Assembly: GCA_036149055.1 (NCBI GenBank)
Contig: JAYZQJ010000069.1
Span: forward strand, 96,001-160,000
DNA length: 64,000 bases
From: Myxococcota bacterium
GTDB lineage: Bacteria; Myxococcota_A; Polyangia; Polyangiales; Sandaracinaceae
Direction: 5' to 3'
Positions 54,330 through 64,000 of this stretch are shown here, one piece after another. The notes below the pieces were generated by a model. The model saw only the letters and a program-made list of their open reading frames with translations, ran no database searches and was not told where the DNA came from. Position numbers and translations under genes: made by a program. Every line of letters begins with the position of its first letter. Positions within the stretch are counted from its first letter, which is position 1.

Positions 54330-55483
54330 GACGCCACCCTCGCCAGCTCTCGCTGATAGATCTCCAAGATTCCGCTCCAGATTCTCTCGGGCTGGAAGTC
54401 TCGCTCCGCGCGCTCCCGGCCCGCGCGCCCGTGGCGACGGCGCAGGTCGGGGTCCCGGAGGTAGCGGGTGATCGCGTCCGCGAGCCCGGCGGCGCTCCCC
54501 GTCGGCGCGATGAGCCCGGTGGCGTCGTGCACGACCGAGTCGACCGCGCCGATCGCGTCGGTCGTGACCACGGGCAGCTCCATCGCCGCGGCCTCGAGCG
54601 GGACGTTGGGGAAGCCCTCCCGCCGCGTGGGCAGCACGAGCGCGTCCACGCCGCGGTAGAGGGTCGCGATGTCCTCCATGAACGGCCGGTGCTCGATCGA
54701 CGGGCTCGTCTCGATGTGACGCCGCGTCTCCGGGTCCAGGCCATCTCGCGCCTCGTAGGTGCCGACCATCAGCAGCCGGGCCGGGGGGCCGTCGTCGCGC
54801 GTCACCCGGCGCCACGCGTCCACCAGCTCGGGGATGCCCTTGTCCGCGACCAGCCGACCGACGTAGGCGAAGACCGTCTCGTCGCCCGCGAGGCCCAGCG
54901 TCCGTCGCGCCTCCTCGCGAGATCGGCGCGTGGGATCGAAGCGCTTCAGGTCCACCCCGTTGCTGCTGCCCGCCCCGATGACCGAGACCTTGCGCCGGAC
55001 GGGGAGGCGATGCGCGCGGGCCGCGGCGGCGAGGGAGCGGCTGACCGCGATGACCCGATGCGCGCAGGTGATCGAGGTCGCCTCGGCGCCCCAGAGGGCG
55101 GCGCGGGTCGCGCCCTCGGCGGTCAGGAGCGGCATGCCCCGCAGGTGGTAGATCCGCACCGGCACCCGCGCGGCGGCGGCCGCCATCATCGAGACCAGGC
55201 CCCCCTTCGGCGTGTGCCCGTGCACGACGTCGGGCCGGAGGGCGCGGATGAGCGCGTGGGTGCGCCGCGTCGCCACCAGGTCGGCGCGGGGCGAGATGGC
55301 GCGGGTCAGCGGGAGCTCGTGGGGCTCGGCCCCGCACTCCTCCGCGACGCCTTGCAGCCGGGCGCCCGGCGCCGTCGCGACGTGCACGTCGAAGCCGGCG
55401 TCCCGCATGAACTGGACCTGCCCCCGGAGGAAGTACAGCGTCTCGGGGACGGTCGCGATGTGCAGCAGACGTCTACGCGGCAT
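54326..55483 (-). CDS. GT4 glycosyltransferase (CapM-like)
   Basis: HTPKGGL, SSNGVD, VGRLVADKGI, REGFPNVPLEAAA. Confidence 0.92.
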   Translation of the reverse strand: MPRRRLLHIATVPETLYFLRGQVQFMRDAGFDVHVATAPGARLQGVAEECGAEPHELPLTRAISPRADLVATRRTHALIRALRPDVVHGHTPKGGLVSMMAAAAARVPVRIYHLRGMPLLTAEGATRAALWGAEATSITCAHRVIAVSRSLAAAARAHRLPVRRKVSVIGAGSSNGVDLKRFDPTRRSREEARRTLGLAGDETVFAYVGRLVADKGIPELVDAWRRVTRDDGPPARLLMVGTYEARDGLDPETRRHIETSPSIEHRPFMEDIATLYRGVDALVLPTRREGFPNVPLEAAAMELPVVTTDAIGAVDSVVHDATGLIAPTGSAAGLADAITRYLRDPDLRRRHGRAGRERAERDFQPERIWSGILEIYQRELARVAS

Positions 55484-57002
55484 CGCTACGACCGGGGCCG
55501 ACGGTCTCGACGACGGGGGGAACGCGGAGGCGGCGCAGGAGACCGGGCGCGACCGTCTCCAGCAGGCACCGCGCGTCCAGGATCGGGTTCGCCTTGGCCA
55601 GGTACTCGAGGTTGAGCTCGACCTTGTGGGGGTAAACGACCGTGTCGTTGTAGTGCACCGGGTCCGGCTGCGCCGCGAGGATCTCCTCCTCCCGGCGGTA
55701 CGCGAGCGTCGCCGGGCCGGTGATGCCCGGCTTGAGGTCGAGCACCGCGCGGTCCGCGCCGGTCAGGGCGTCGGCGTAGCCCGGGACGTCGGGTCGGGGG
55801 CCGACGAGGCTCATGTCGCCGCGCAGGACGTTGAAGAGCTGCGGCAGCTCGTCGAGCTTGAAGCGGCGGAGCACGGCGCCGAGCGGCGTCACCCGGACAT
55901 CACCCCGCACCGTCACCGTCCCGCCTCCACGTCCGGTCGACATCGTGCGGAACTTGTAGAGCACGAAGGGGCGCCCGTGCTGCCCCACGCGGGTCTGACG
56001 GAAGACGGCGGGCGGGCCGTCGGTGAGTCGAATCGCCGCCGCGATCATCGCCATCGGCGCGGCCGCGGCGACCAGCCCGGCGGCGGCGACGCTGCGGTCG
56101 AGGAGCGGCTTGAAGACGTCCCGGTAGACGGCCCCGCGATCCCGGTCCACGAGCGCGTCCTGCGCCATCAGCGCCCGCAGGCTCGCCGACGCGCCACCTT
56201 CGGGGAGCCGCTCGAGGAGCGCCGGGAAGCGCCGCAGCAGCGCGACGCCCAGCCCCAGCGGGAACAGGTAGACGAGCTGGAGCTGCGCGTGCTCGCGCTG
56301 GAAGCCCAGCCGCAGCAAGTAGTCCTGCATGTTGGTGTCGTGCAGCACGGAGCGCGCGCCGTTACAGACCGGGATCCCGCGTGACACGTAGTGTTCGGTG
56401 ACGTGCTCGATCAGCGCGGCGCTGGCGTAGTTCTTCAAGCCCACCGGGGTGATGTCGATGGTGTGCATGAAGACGCCGAGCGGCTCCTCGACGCAGGCGA
56501 TGTAGCCGGCCAGCCGGCCGTCGCCGTCGAGCGCGCCGAAGACCTCGGTCGCCGTGGAGCGGGCGACCGCGCGCGCCCACGCCTCCCAGCCCGCGGCCGT
56601 CAGCGGCTCCGCGTCCCGGTAGCGCTCGTGGGCCGCCACGTGGCAGGCGTGGCCCAGGGCGAGCCACTCCTCCTCCGAGAGTCGCCGGAGGGTGTGGCGC
56701 TTCCGCCCGCGGCGCACCTGCGAGCGGGTGTTCGCCGAGAGCGCCCCGAAGTCGTGGGCCCGGCAGACCACGTTCCACCACGACCCGTCTTCGCGGTCCG
56801 CCACCGTGTTCCGAGCGAGGACCGCGCCCCCGCGGAGCAGCAGCGCCTGCGCCTCCAGCCACGGGAGCGCCCCGTGATTCGGCATCGCCGTCAGCGGCAG
56901 CAGCGCGAGGTGATGACGGCGCCACCGCCGCCCGTCCCGCGAGGAGACGACGCGATCACCGAGGTCCCGCGCCAGCTGCGTGAGCGCCTCAAGCCCGCTC
57001 AT
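55473..57002 (-). CDS. Fusion of a GNAT/FemAB-like domain and a monotopic phosphoglycosyl transferase (PglC-like)
   Basis: C-terminal KPLLD, FRQTRVG, KFRTM, LDELPQLFNVLRGDMSLVGPRP; N-terminal LSANTRSQVRRG and NYASAALI GNAT-like region; single open frame. Confidence 0.85.
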   Translation of the reverse strand: MSGLEALTQLARDLGDRVVSSRDGRRWRRHHLALLPLTAMPNHGALPWLEAQALLLRGGAVLARNTVADREDGSWWNVVCRAHDFGALSANTRSQVRRGRKRHTLRRLSEEEWLALGHACHVAAHERYRDAEPLTAAGWEAWARAVARSTATEVFGALDGDGRLAGYIACVEEPLGVFMHTIDITPVGLKNYASAALIEHVTEHYVSRGIPVCNGARSVLHDTNMQDYLLRLGFQREHAQLQLVYLFPLGLGVALLRRFPALLERLPEGGASASLRALMAQDALVDRDRGAVYRDVFKPLLDRSVAAAGLVAAAAPMAMIAAAIRLTDGPPAVFRQTRVGQHGRPFVLYKFRTMSTGRGGGTVTVRGDVRVTPLGAVLRRFKLDELPQLFNVLRGDMSLVGPRPDVPGYADALTGADRAVLDLKPGITGPATLAYRREEEILAAQPDPVHYNDTVVYPHKVELNLEYLAKANPILDARCLLETVAPGLLRRLRVPPVVETVGPGRSDAA

Positions 57003-57576
57003 CGTCAACCTGGGAGGCGGGTCGATCGAGCACGAAGCGGCCGAGGGGCTTCACGCCCCAGGGCGCGCTGCGGTAGCCGGCGCCGGCGAACTCGAAGCCG
57101 CAGGCACGGATCACTCTCAGCGAGGCGATGTTGTCCTCCGACGCGAAGTACCAGAAGCGCACGCCGGGATGGCTGCGGATCAACGCCGAGACGGCCGCCT
57201 TGGCCAGCCCGCGGCCACGGTGCGAGGGCGCGGTGTGCGTCGAGGCGATCTGGAGGTCCTGCGGCCCCATGAACGGGAAGCGCTGATACTTCGGGAGCAG
57301 GCACGAGTAGTGGGCGAGCTCGCGCCCCCGGCGCACGACGAAGACGCCGTAGCCCTCGCGGGCGAAGAGCCCGAGGCGCGCCATCGTGCCCCACATCAGG
57401 AAGGGGTGCCGCTCGAAGCCAGGCGGCCGCAGCTCGGCCCCGCTCGGGCGCCAGAGCACCGCGTGATAGCCCTCGGGGAGGTCGAACCGCGGGACCCGGT
57501 CGCCGCCCCGCAGACCGTCGTGGACGTAGAAGTGCTGAGTGTTCCGGTTCACGTCTGCCGTCCCGGGGCCTGGCAT
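56989..57576 (-). CDS. GNAT-family N-acetyltransferase; start uncertain
   Basis: HTAPSHRGRGLAK acetyl-CoA motif, DNIASLRVIRACGF. Confidence 0.8.
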   Translation of the reverse strand: MPGPGTADVNRNTQHFYVHDGLRGGDRVPRFDLPEGYHAVLWRPSGAELRPPGFERHPFLMWGTMARLGLFAREGYGVFVVRRGRELAHYSCLLPKYQRFPFMGPQDLQIASTHTAPSHRGRGLAKAAVSALIRSHPGVRFWYFASEDNIASLRVIRACGFEFAGAGYRSAPWGVKPLGRFVLDRPASQVDDERA

Positions 57577-57775
57577 CCTGGCACGCCCATCCGAGCGCGC
57601 CAACCGCCGCGCAGGGCACCGGCCCACGAGGCTCCGGTTGGATGAACGAGGGGCCGCGGGCGTTCATCGCAGGGCGCTTCGAACGCGCGGCGCGAGGCGC
57701 GCAACACAGGTCCAGCGTCGGTTGACCGGGCTCACCGCGAGGTGCAAGGTCCCGGCTCCTTGGAGGATCCCGTTG

Positions 57776-59059
<1,284 letters not shown>

Positions 59060-59066
59060 GCACCCC

Positions 59067-60077
59067 ATGACGCGCTACCTCGTCACCGGCGCCGCCGGGT
59101 TCATCGGCTTCCACCTCTCCCGCCGCCTCCTCGCCCGCGGTGACGAGGTCGTGGGGCTCGACAACCTCAACCCCTACTATTCCGTCGCCCTCAAGCGCGA
59201 CCGGCTCCGCCTCCTGCAGGAGGAGGCGCGCTTCTCGTTCGCGGAGCTCGACCTCGCCGACCGGGAGGCCGTGACCGAGGTCTTCGCCAACGGCGGCTTC
59301 GACGTCGTCGTCAACCTCGCGGCCCAGGCGGGCGTCCGCTACTCGCTGACCAACCCGCACGCCTACGTCGACTCCAACATCGTGGGCTTCCTCAACGTGC
59401 TCGAGGGCTGCCGCCATCACGGCGTGAAGCACCTCGTCTACGCGTCGAGCAGCTCCGTCTACGGCGCCAATACGCGCATGCCGTTCTCGACCGAGCACAA
59501 CGTCGACCACCCGGTGAGCCTCTACGCGGCCAGCAAGAAGGCCAACGAGCTGATGGCGCACACCTACAGCCATCTCTACGGCCTGCCGACCACCGGGCTC
59601 CGCTTCTTCACGGTCTACGGCCCGTGGGGGCGGCCCGACATGGCGCTCTTCCTGTTCACCAAGGCCATCCTCGCCGGCGAGCCCATCGACGTCTTCAATC
59701 GAGGCGAGATGAAGCGGGACTTCACGTACATCGACGACATCGTCGAGGGCGTGATGCGGGTGGCCGATCGCACGCCCGAGCCGGATCCCGAGTGGGACGC
59801 GGCCGCTCCGACCCCGGCGAGCGGCGCCGCGCCCTACCGCCTCTACAACATCGGCAACAACGCGCCCGTGCCGCTCATGGACATGATCGGCACCCTCGAG
59901 CGCTGCCTCGGGCGGACCGCCGAGAAGCGGCTGCTCCCGATGCAGCCGGGCGACGTGCCCGCGACCTACGCCGACGTGTCCGACCTCGAGCGGGACGTCG
60001 GCTTCCGTCCGCAGACGCCGCTGGCCGACGGCATCGCGCGCTTCGTGGACTGGTACCGCGAGTACTACGGAGCGTGA
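59067..60077 (+). CDS. UDP-glucuronate 4-epimerase-type NAD-dependent epimerase (CapI-like)
   Basis: [55 protein letters not shown]. Confidence 0.93.
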   Translation: MTRYLVTGAAGFIGFHLSRRLLARGDEVVGLDNLNPYYSVALKRDRLRLLQEEARFSFAELDLADREAVTEVFANGGFDVVVNLAAQAGVRYSLTNPHAYVDSNIVGFLNVLEGCRHHGVKHLVYASSSSVYGANTRMPFSTEHNVDHPVSLYAASKKANELMAHTYSHLYGLPTTGLRFFTVYGPWGRPDMALFLFTKAILAGEPIDVFNRGEMKRDFTYIDDIVEGVMRVADRTPEPDPEWDAAAPTPASGAAPYRLYNIGNNAPVPLMDMIGTLERCLGRTAEKRLLPMQPGDVPATYADVSDLERDVGFRPQTPLADGIARFVDWYREYYGA

Positions 60078-61207
60078 CCGTGAGCCGCATCTACCTGTCG
60101 GCACCGCACATGGGTGGGCAAGAGCTCGGCTTCGTGCACGAGGCGTTCGACACGAACTGGCTCTCCTCCGTCGGCCCGAACATCGACGCCTTCGAGCGCG
60201 AGCTGCAGGAGGTGGTGGGCGGACACGTCGCCGCCCTCGCCTCGGGCACCGCCGGCATGCACCTCGGGCTCCGGCTGCTCGGCGTCGGGCCGGGCGACGA
60301 GGTCATCTGTCCCACGTTCACCTTCGTGGCGACCGCCAACCCCATCACCTACCTCGGCGCCAAGCCGGTGTTCCTCGACAGCGAGCGCACCAGCTGGAAC
60401 CTCGACCCCGAGCTGCTCGCGTCGGTGCTGGAGCGCAAGGCGGCCGCGGGCGCCCTCCCCCGCGCCGTGATCGTCGTGCACCTCTTCGGCCAGAGCGCCG
60501 ACATGGACGCGATCCGCGAGGTCTGCGCCCGGTGGGACGTGCCGATCCTGGAGGACGCCGCGGAGGCGCTGGGCACCCGCTACAAGGACGCGCCGGTCGG
60601 CGCGATGGGCGCCGTGGGCGTGCTCAGCTTCAACGGCAACAAGATCATCACGACCACGGGCGGCGGCGCGCTGGTCAGCCGCGACCCCGAGCTGGTCCGG
60701 AAGGCGCGCCACCTCGCCACCCAGGCACGCGAGCCCTCGGTCGCCTACGTGCACGAGCAGGTCGGCTACAACTACCGCATGAGCAACGTGCTCGCCGGGA
60801 TCGGGCGCGGTCAGCTCCGCGTGCTGGACGAGCGGGTGAGGCGTCGCCGCGAGATCGCGTTCGCCTACCGGGACGCGTTCGCGGAGATCGACGGGCTCGA
60901 GCTGATGCCCCAGGCGGCGTGGGGCCTGCACACGAACTGGCTCAGCGTCTTCACGGTCGACGCCCGGAAGGTCGGCGTGACCCGCGACGAGATCATCGCG
61001 CACCTGGCCAGTGAGGACATCGAGGCCCGCCCCGTGTGGAAGCCGATGCACACCCAGCCTCTCTTCGCGCGCGCCGAGCGGCACGGCGGAGAGGTCGCGG
61101 AGGAGCTGTTCGAGGTCGGCCTCTGCCTCCCGAGCTCCAGCAACCTGGACGGCGAGCAGCAGGGCCGCGTCATCGGCGCCGTCACGCGCGTCGTGAAGGG
61201 CGGCTGA
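60074..61207 (+). CDS. DegT/DnrJ sugar aminotransferase (PglE/EpsN-like)
   Basis: [54 protein letters not shown]. Confidence 0.93.
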   Translation: MTVSRIYLSAPHMGGQELGFVHEAFDTNWLSSVGPNIDAFERELQEVVGGHVAALASGTAGMHLGLRLLGVGPGDEVICPTFTFVATANPITYLGAKPVFLDSERTSWNLDPELLASVLERKAAAGALPRAVIVVHLFGQSADMDAIREVCARWDVPILEDAAEALGTRYKDAPVGAMGAVGVLSFNGNKIITTTGGGALVSRDPELVRKARHLATQAREPSVAYVHEQVGYNYRMSNVLAGIGRGQLRVLDERVRRRREIAFAYRDAFAEIDGLELMPQAAWGLHTNWLSVFTVDARKVGVTRDEIIAHLASEDIEARPVWKPMHTQPLFARAERHGGEVAEELFEVGLCLPSSSNLDGEQQGRVIGAVTRVVKGG

Positions 61208-61210
61208 CCC

Positions 61211-63178
61211 ATGCGTCGTCGAGTGCTGCGGCTCAGCCAGCTGGTGCTGGACCTCCTGGTGCTCGCGCTCGCCTTCTCCCTGGCGTTCTTCGCCCGCTTC
61301 GACTGGCGTCCGCCCACCGACATGATCGGGCGGCTGGCCCTCACCGTGCCGTACATCGTCCTCGGCGAGTACCTGGTGATGTGGCTCTTCGGCGTCCCGA
61401 AGTTCTCGTGGCGCCACATCGGCCTGCGCGAGGTCTGGCGGATCCTCGCCGCGGGCGTCGTCGCCACGATGGTGCTCGTCTGGATCCGCATCGGCCTGGG
61501 GGCGGCGCAGGGACACGTCCCCTACCTGCGCCACGGGGTGATCCCCCTCGGCGTCATCGCGATGAACTTCGTGCTCTTCCTCCTCGGGGTCGCCGGCATC
61601 CGCGTGCTCCGGCGGATCCTCGGCGAGCACTACGAGGCGCGAGAGCGGGCCAAGAACGTCGAGCGGCGGGACGCCGTGCCGACGATGATGGTGGGCGCCG
61701 GTCAGGGCGGCGTGCTCATGGCCAAGGAGCTCGCCCACCGTCCGGACCTGGGCCTCAAGCCGGTCGGCTTCCTCGACGACGACCCGGCGAAGCTCGGGGT
61801 CGTCATCCAGGGCGTGCCTGTGCTCGGGCGCAGCGACGACCTGGCCGCGCTCTGCGAGAAGCACGGCGCCAAACAGGTCCTCATCACCATGGCGAGCGCG
61901 CCGGGTGAGATCATCCGCCGGATCGCCCGGCTCGCCGAGGCGGCCGAGCTGCCGGTGAAGATCATCCCCGGCCTCTTCGAGATCGCGGGCGGCCGGGTGG
62001 AGCTCGCGCGGATCCGCCCGGTGGCCATCGAGGACCTCCTCCGGCGCGCGCCGGTCGAGCTGGACGTCGACGCGATCGCGGACGATCTGCGCGACCGGGT
62101 GGTCCTCGTGACCGGCGCCGGCGGCTCGATCGGCTCGGAGATCTGTCGCCAGGTCGCCGCGTTCCAGCCGTCCAAGCTCCTCCTCGCCGAGCGGGCCGAG
62201 AACAACCTCTTCCACATCCACCGGGAGCTCCGCACGAGCTACCCGGGGCTCGACATCACGCCGGTGATGGCCGACGTCACCGACGAGGTGCGGATGCGCT
62301 CCATCTTCGAGCGCGACCGCCCGTACGCCGTCTTCCACGCCGCGGCGCACAAGCACGTGCCGATGATGGAGTGGAACTCCGGCGAGGCGGTGAAGAACAA
62401 CGTCTTCGGCACCAAGACCGTCGCGGACCTCGCCCACGAGCACGGAGCGGAGAGCTTCGTGATGATCTCGACCGACAAGGCGGTGAACCCCACGAGCGTG
62501 ATGGGCGCCACCAAGCGCGTCGCCGAGATGTACGTGCAGGCGCTGGCCGAGGACAGCGACACCCGCTTCGTCACCGTGCGCTTCGGAAACGTGCTCGGGT
62601 CGGCCGGCAGCGTGATCCCCATCTTCAAGGAGCAGATCGCGAACGGCGGGCCGGTGACCGTCACCCACCCCGAGATGCAGCGCTACTTCATGACCATCCC
62701 CGAGGCCTGTCAGCTCGTCTTGCAGGCAGGCAGCATGGGGAACGGCGGGGAGATCTTCATCCTCGACATGGGCGAGCCGGTGAAGATCGTCGACCTCGCG
62801 CGCGACCTCATCCAGCTCAGCGGCCTCGTCCCCGGGCGCGACATCGAGATCGAGTTCAGCGGGATGCGCCCCGGCGAGAAGCTCTTCGAGGAGCTGTGCG
62901 TCGACGCGGAGCACGCCGAGAAGACCCGGCACGAGAAGATCTTCGTGGGGCGGCGTCCCCCGGCCACGCTCGCGGAGGCGTCGCGACACCTCGAGGTCCT
63001 CGCGAGGTGCACCGACGGCGCGGACCGCGCGCGCGTCGTGGCCTCGCTGCAGCGCTGCGTCCCCGAGTTCCACGAGCCCGACGCCGCGGCGCCGGTGAGG
63101 CCCTCTCGCCCCGCGCCGCCCGTCGAGGCGCCCTCACTGCCGCCCGCGCTGGCGAACCCGAGCCTCGATCCTCCCTGA
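61211..63178 (+). CDS. Membrane-bound UDP-GlcNAc 4,6-dehydratase (CapD/PglF/WbpM family)
   Basis: Four N-terminal TM segments; VTGAGGSIGSE, HAAAHKHVP, ISTDKAVNP, GATKR, RFGNVLGS, RYFMTIPEA, RPGEKL. Confidence 0.95.
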   Translation: MRRRVLRLSQLVLDLLVLALAFSLAFFARFDWRPPTDMIGRLALTVPYIVLGEYLVMWLFGVPKFSWRHIGLREVWRILAAGVVATMVLVWIRIGLGAAQGHVPYLRHGVIPLGVIAMNFVLFLLGVAGIRVLRRILGEHYEARERAKNVERRDAVPTMMVGAGQGGVLMAKELAHRPDLGLKPVGFLDDDPAKLGVVIQGVPVLGRSDDLAALCEKHGAKQVLITMASAPGEIIRRIARLAEAAELPVKIIPGLFEIAGGRVELARIRPVAIEDLLRRAPVELDVDAIADDLRDRVVLVTGAGGSIGSEICRQVAAFQPSKLLLAERAENNLFHIHRELRTSYPGLDITPVMADVTDEVRMRSIFERDRPYAVFHAAAHKHVPMMEWNSGEAVKNNVFGTKTVADLAHEHGAESFVMISTDKAVNPTSVMGATKRVAEMYVQALAEDSDTRFVTVRFGNVLGSAGSVIPIFKEQIANGGPVTVTHPEMQRYFMTIPEACQLVLQAGSMGNGGEIFILDMGEPVKIVDLARDLIQLSGLVPGRDIEIEFSGMRPGEKLFEELCVDAEHAEKTRHEKIFVGRRPPATLAEASRHLEVLARCTDGADRARVVASLQRCVPEFHEPDAAAPVRPSRPAPPVEAPSLPPALANPSLDPP

Positions 63179-63181
63179 TCG

Positions 63182-64000
63182 ATGTCGCGCCGAAACCGGA
63201 GCACGAAGGTCACACGCGATCGGGTCGCCTTCGGCGCGCTGACCCTCACGCTGGTCGTCGCTCCTCAGCTCCTCGGTGGCGTCTTCGGATGGGGCATCGC
63301 CCTCATCGCGACGCTCGCGGCGATCACGGGCTCCCTCGCCGCCGCGGCCACCCGCGGCACGCACGCGCTGCGCCCCTGGCTCGGCGCGCTCGCCCTGGCC
63401 CTGCTGGGATGGACGGCGCTCCAGGCGACCCCGCTGCCGCGCGCCGTGGCCAGCGCGCTCCAGCCGCTCGCGACGGAGGTCTGGGACGACGCCGCCCGGC
63501 TGCTGGGCGGGCCCGCTCCGTCGTGGATCCCCCTCTCGCTGTCGCCCCACGACACCTGGACCGAGGTCCTGAAGCTCGGCGCCGTCGCGTGCGTGTTCTT
63601 CGCCTCCATGTCGCTGGCGACGCGCTCCTGGCGGCGCGCGATCCTGGTGGCGGCCGCGGGCTCCGTGGCGCTCATGGCCGCGGTCGCGCTCTGCCACCTC
63701 GCCGCCGGCGCGGAGTCGGTCTTCGGCCTCTACCAGCCCCGCTACGCCGCGCGCATCCTCGTGGCGCCGCTGATGAACCGGAACCACCTCGCCGGCTTCC
63801 TCGGCATGGGCGTGCCGCTGATGCTCTGCCTGGCGCTCGACGCGCCCTCGCCGGCCCGGCGCGGCGGGTGGTTCGCGGCGGCGGTGGTGACCGGCGTGAC
63901 CGTGCTGATCGCGGCGTCTCGCGGCGGCGTCGCGTCGCTCGCCTGCGGGATCACCCTCGTCGGGCTCCTCGGCGTCGCGCGCAAGAAGTCGAGCGGCGGC
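63182..64000 (+). CDS. O-antigen ligase-family membrane protein (3' end runs off the window)
   Basis: Not in the ORF track (no stop). Manual translation MSRRNRSTK...APQLLGG...PLMNRNHLAGFL...AASRGGVASL; multiple TM segments. Confidence 0.8.
   Translation, partial: MSRRNRSTKVTRDRVAFGALTLTLVVAPQLLGGVFGWGIALIATLAAITGSLAAAATRGTHALRPWLGALALALLGWTALQATPLPRAVASALQPLATEVWDDAARLLGGPAPSWIPLSLSPHDTWTEVLKLGAVACVFFASMSLATRSWRRAILVAAAGSVALMAAVALCHLAAGAESVFGLYQPRYAARILVAPLMNRNHLAGFLGMGVPLMLCLALDAPSPARRGGWFAAAVVTGVTVLIAASRGGVASLACGITLVGLLGVARKKSSGG

Overview
High-GC bacterial chromosomal window. Gene style (two Zn-ribbon Ser/Thr kinases, a PP2C phosphatase, Cys-rich lipoproteins with DCDD/RCC1/IgGFc modules) suggests a myxobacterium, probably Polyangiales; this is inference. 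Left to right: (1) a partial HEAT-repeat gene, a kinase and a DedA/YqaA gene. (2) A tightly coupled sulfur-relay/cysteine operon, 3271-8361: Rrf2 regulator, cysK, ThiF/MoeB E1, ubiquitin-like carrier ending GG, a 104-aa E1-derived mini-protein, cysM, JAB peptidase, NUDIX and AMMECR1. (3) The rpsP-khpA-rimM-trmD-SPOUT-rplS operon. (4) A UshA-like/tetraheme cytochrome, a REPIN-like inverted-repeat element, rlpA and an AhpD-arsS-cupin cluster. (5) A second kinase and a coupled udg/beta-propeller/HEAT-TPR/SWIM-like operon. (6) GT2, PP2C, a nucleotidyltransferase and three Cys-rich lipoproteins. (7) About 34 kb (30223 to the window end) of surface-polysaccharide genes with nonulosonate (neuA/B/C), GDP-fucose, UDP-xylose, amidotransferase, sulfotransferase, acetyltransferase, Wzx/Wzy and PglF/PglE/PGT functions. 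The best candidate for an undescribed system is an apparently split, heterodimeric E1: the ThiF-like enzyme lacks the N-terminal Arg-finger helix, and the mini-protein carries exactly that helix. The Rrf2 regulator of the same operon ends in a CysK-binding-type tail. No rRNA, tRNA, CRISPR array or transposase was recognised. All calls come from motif reading without database searches, and several start codons are best guesses.
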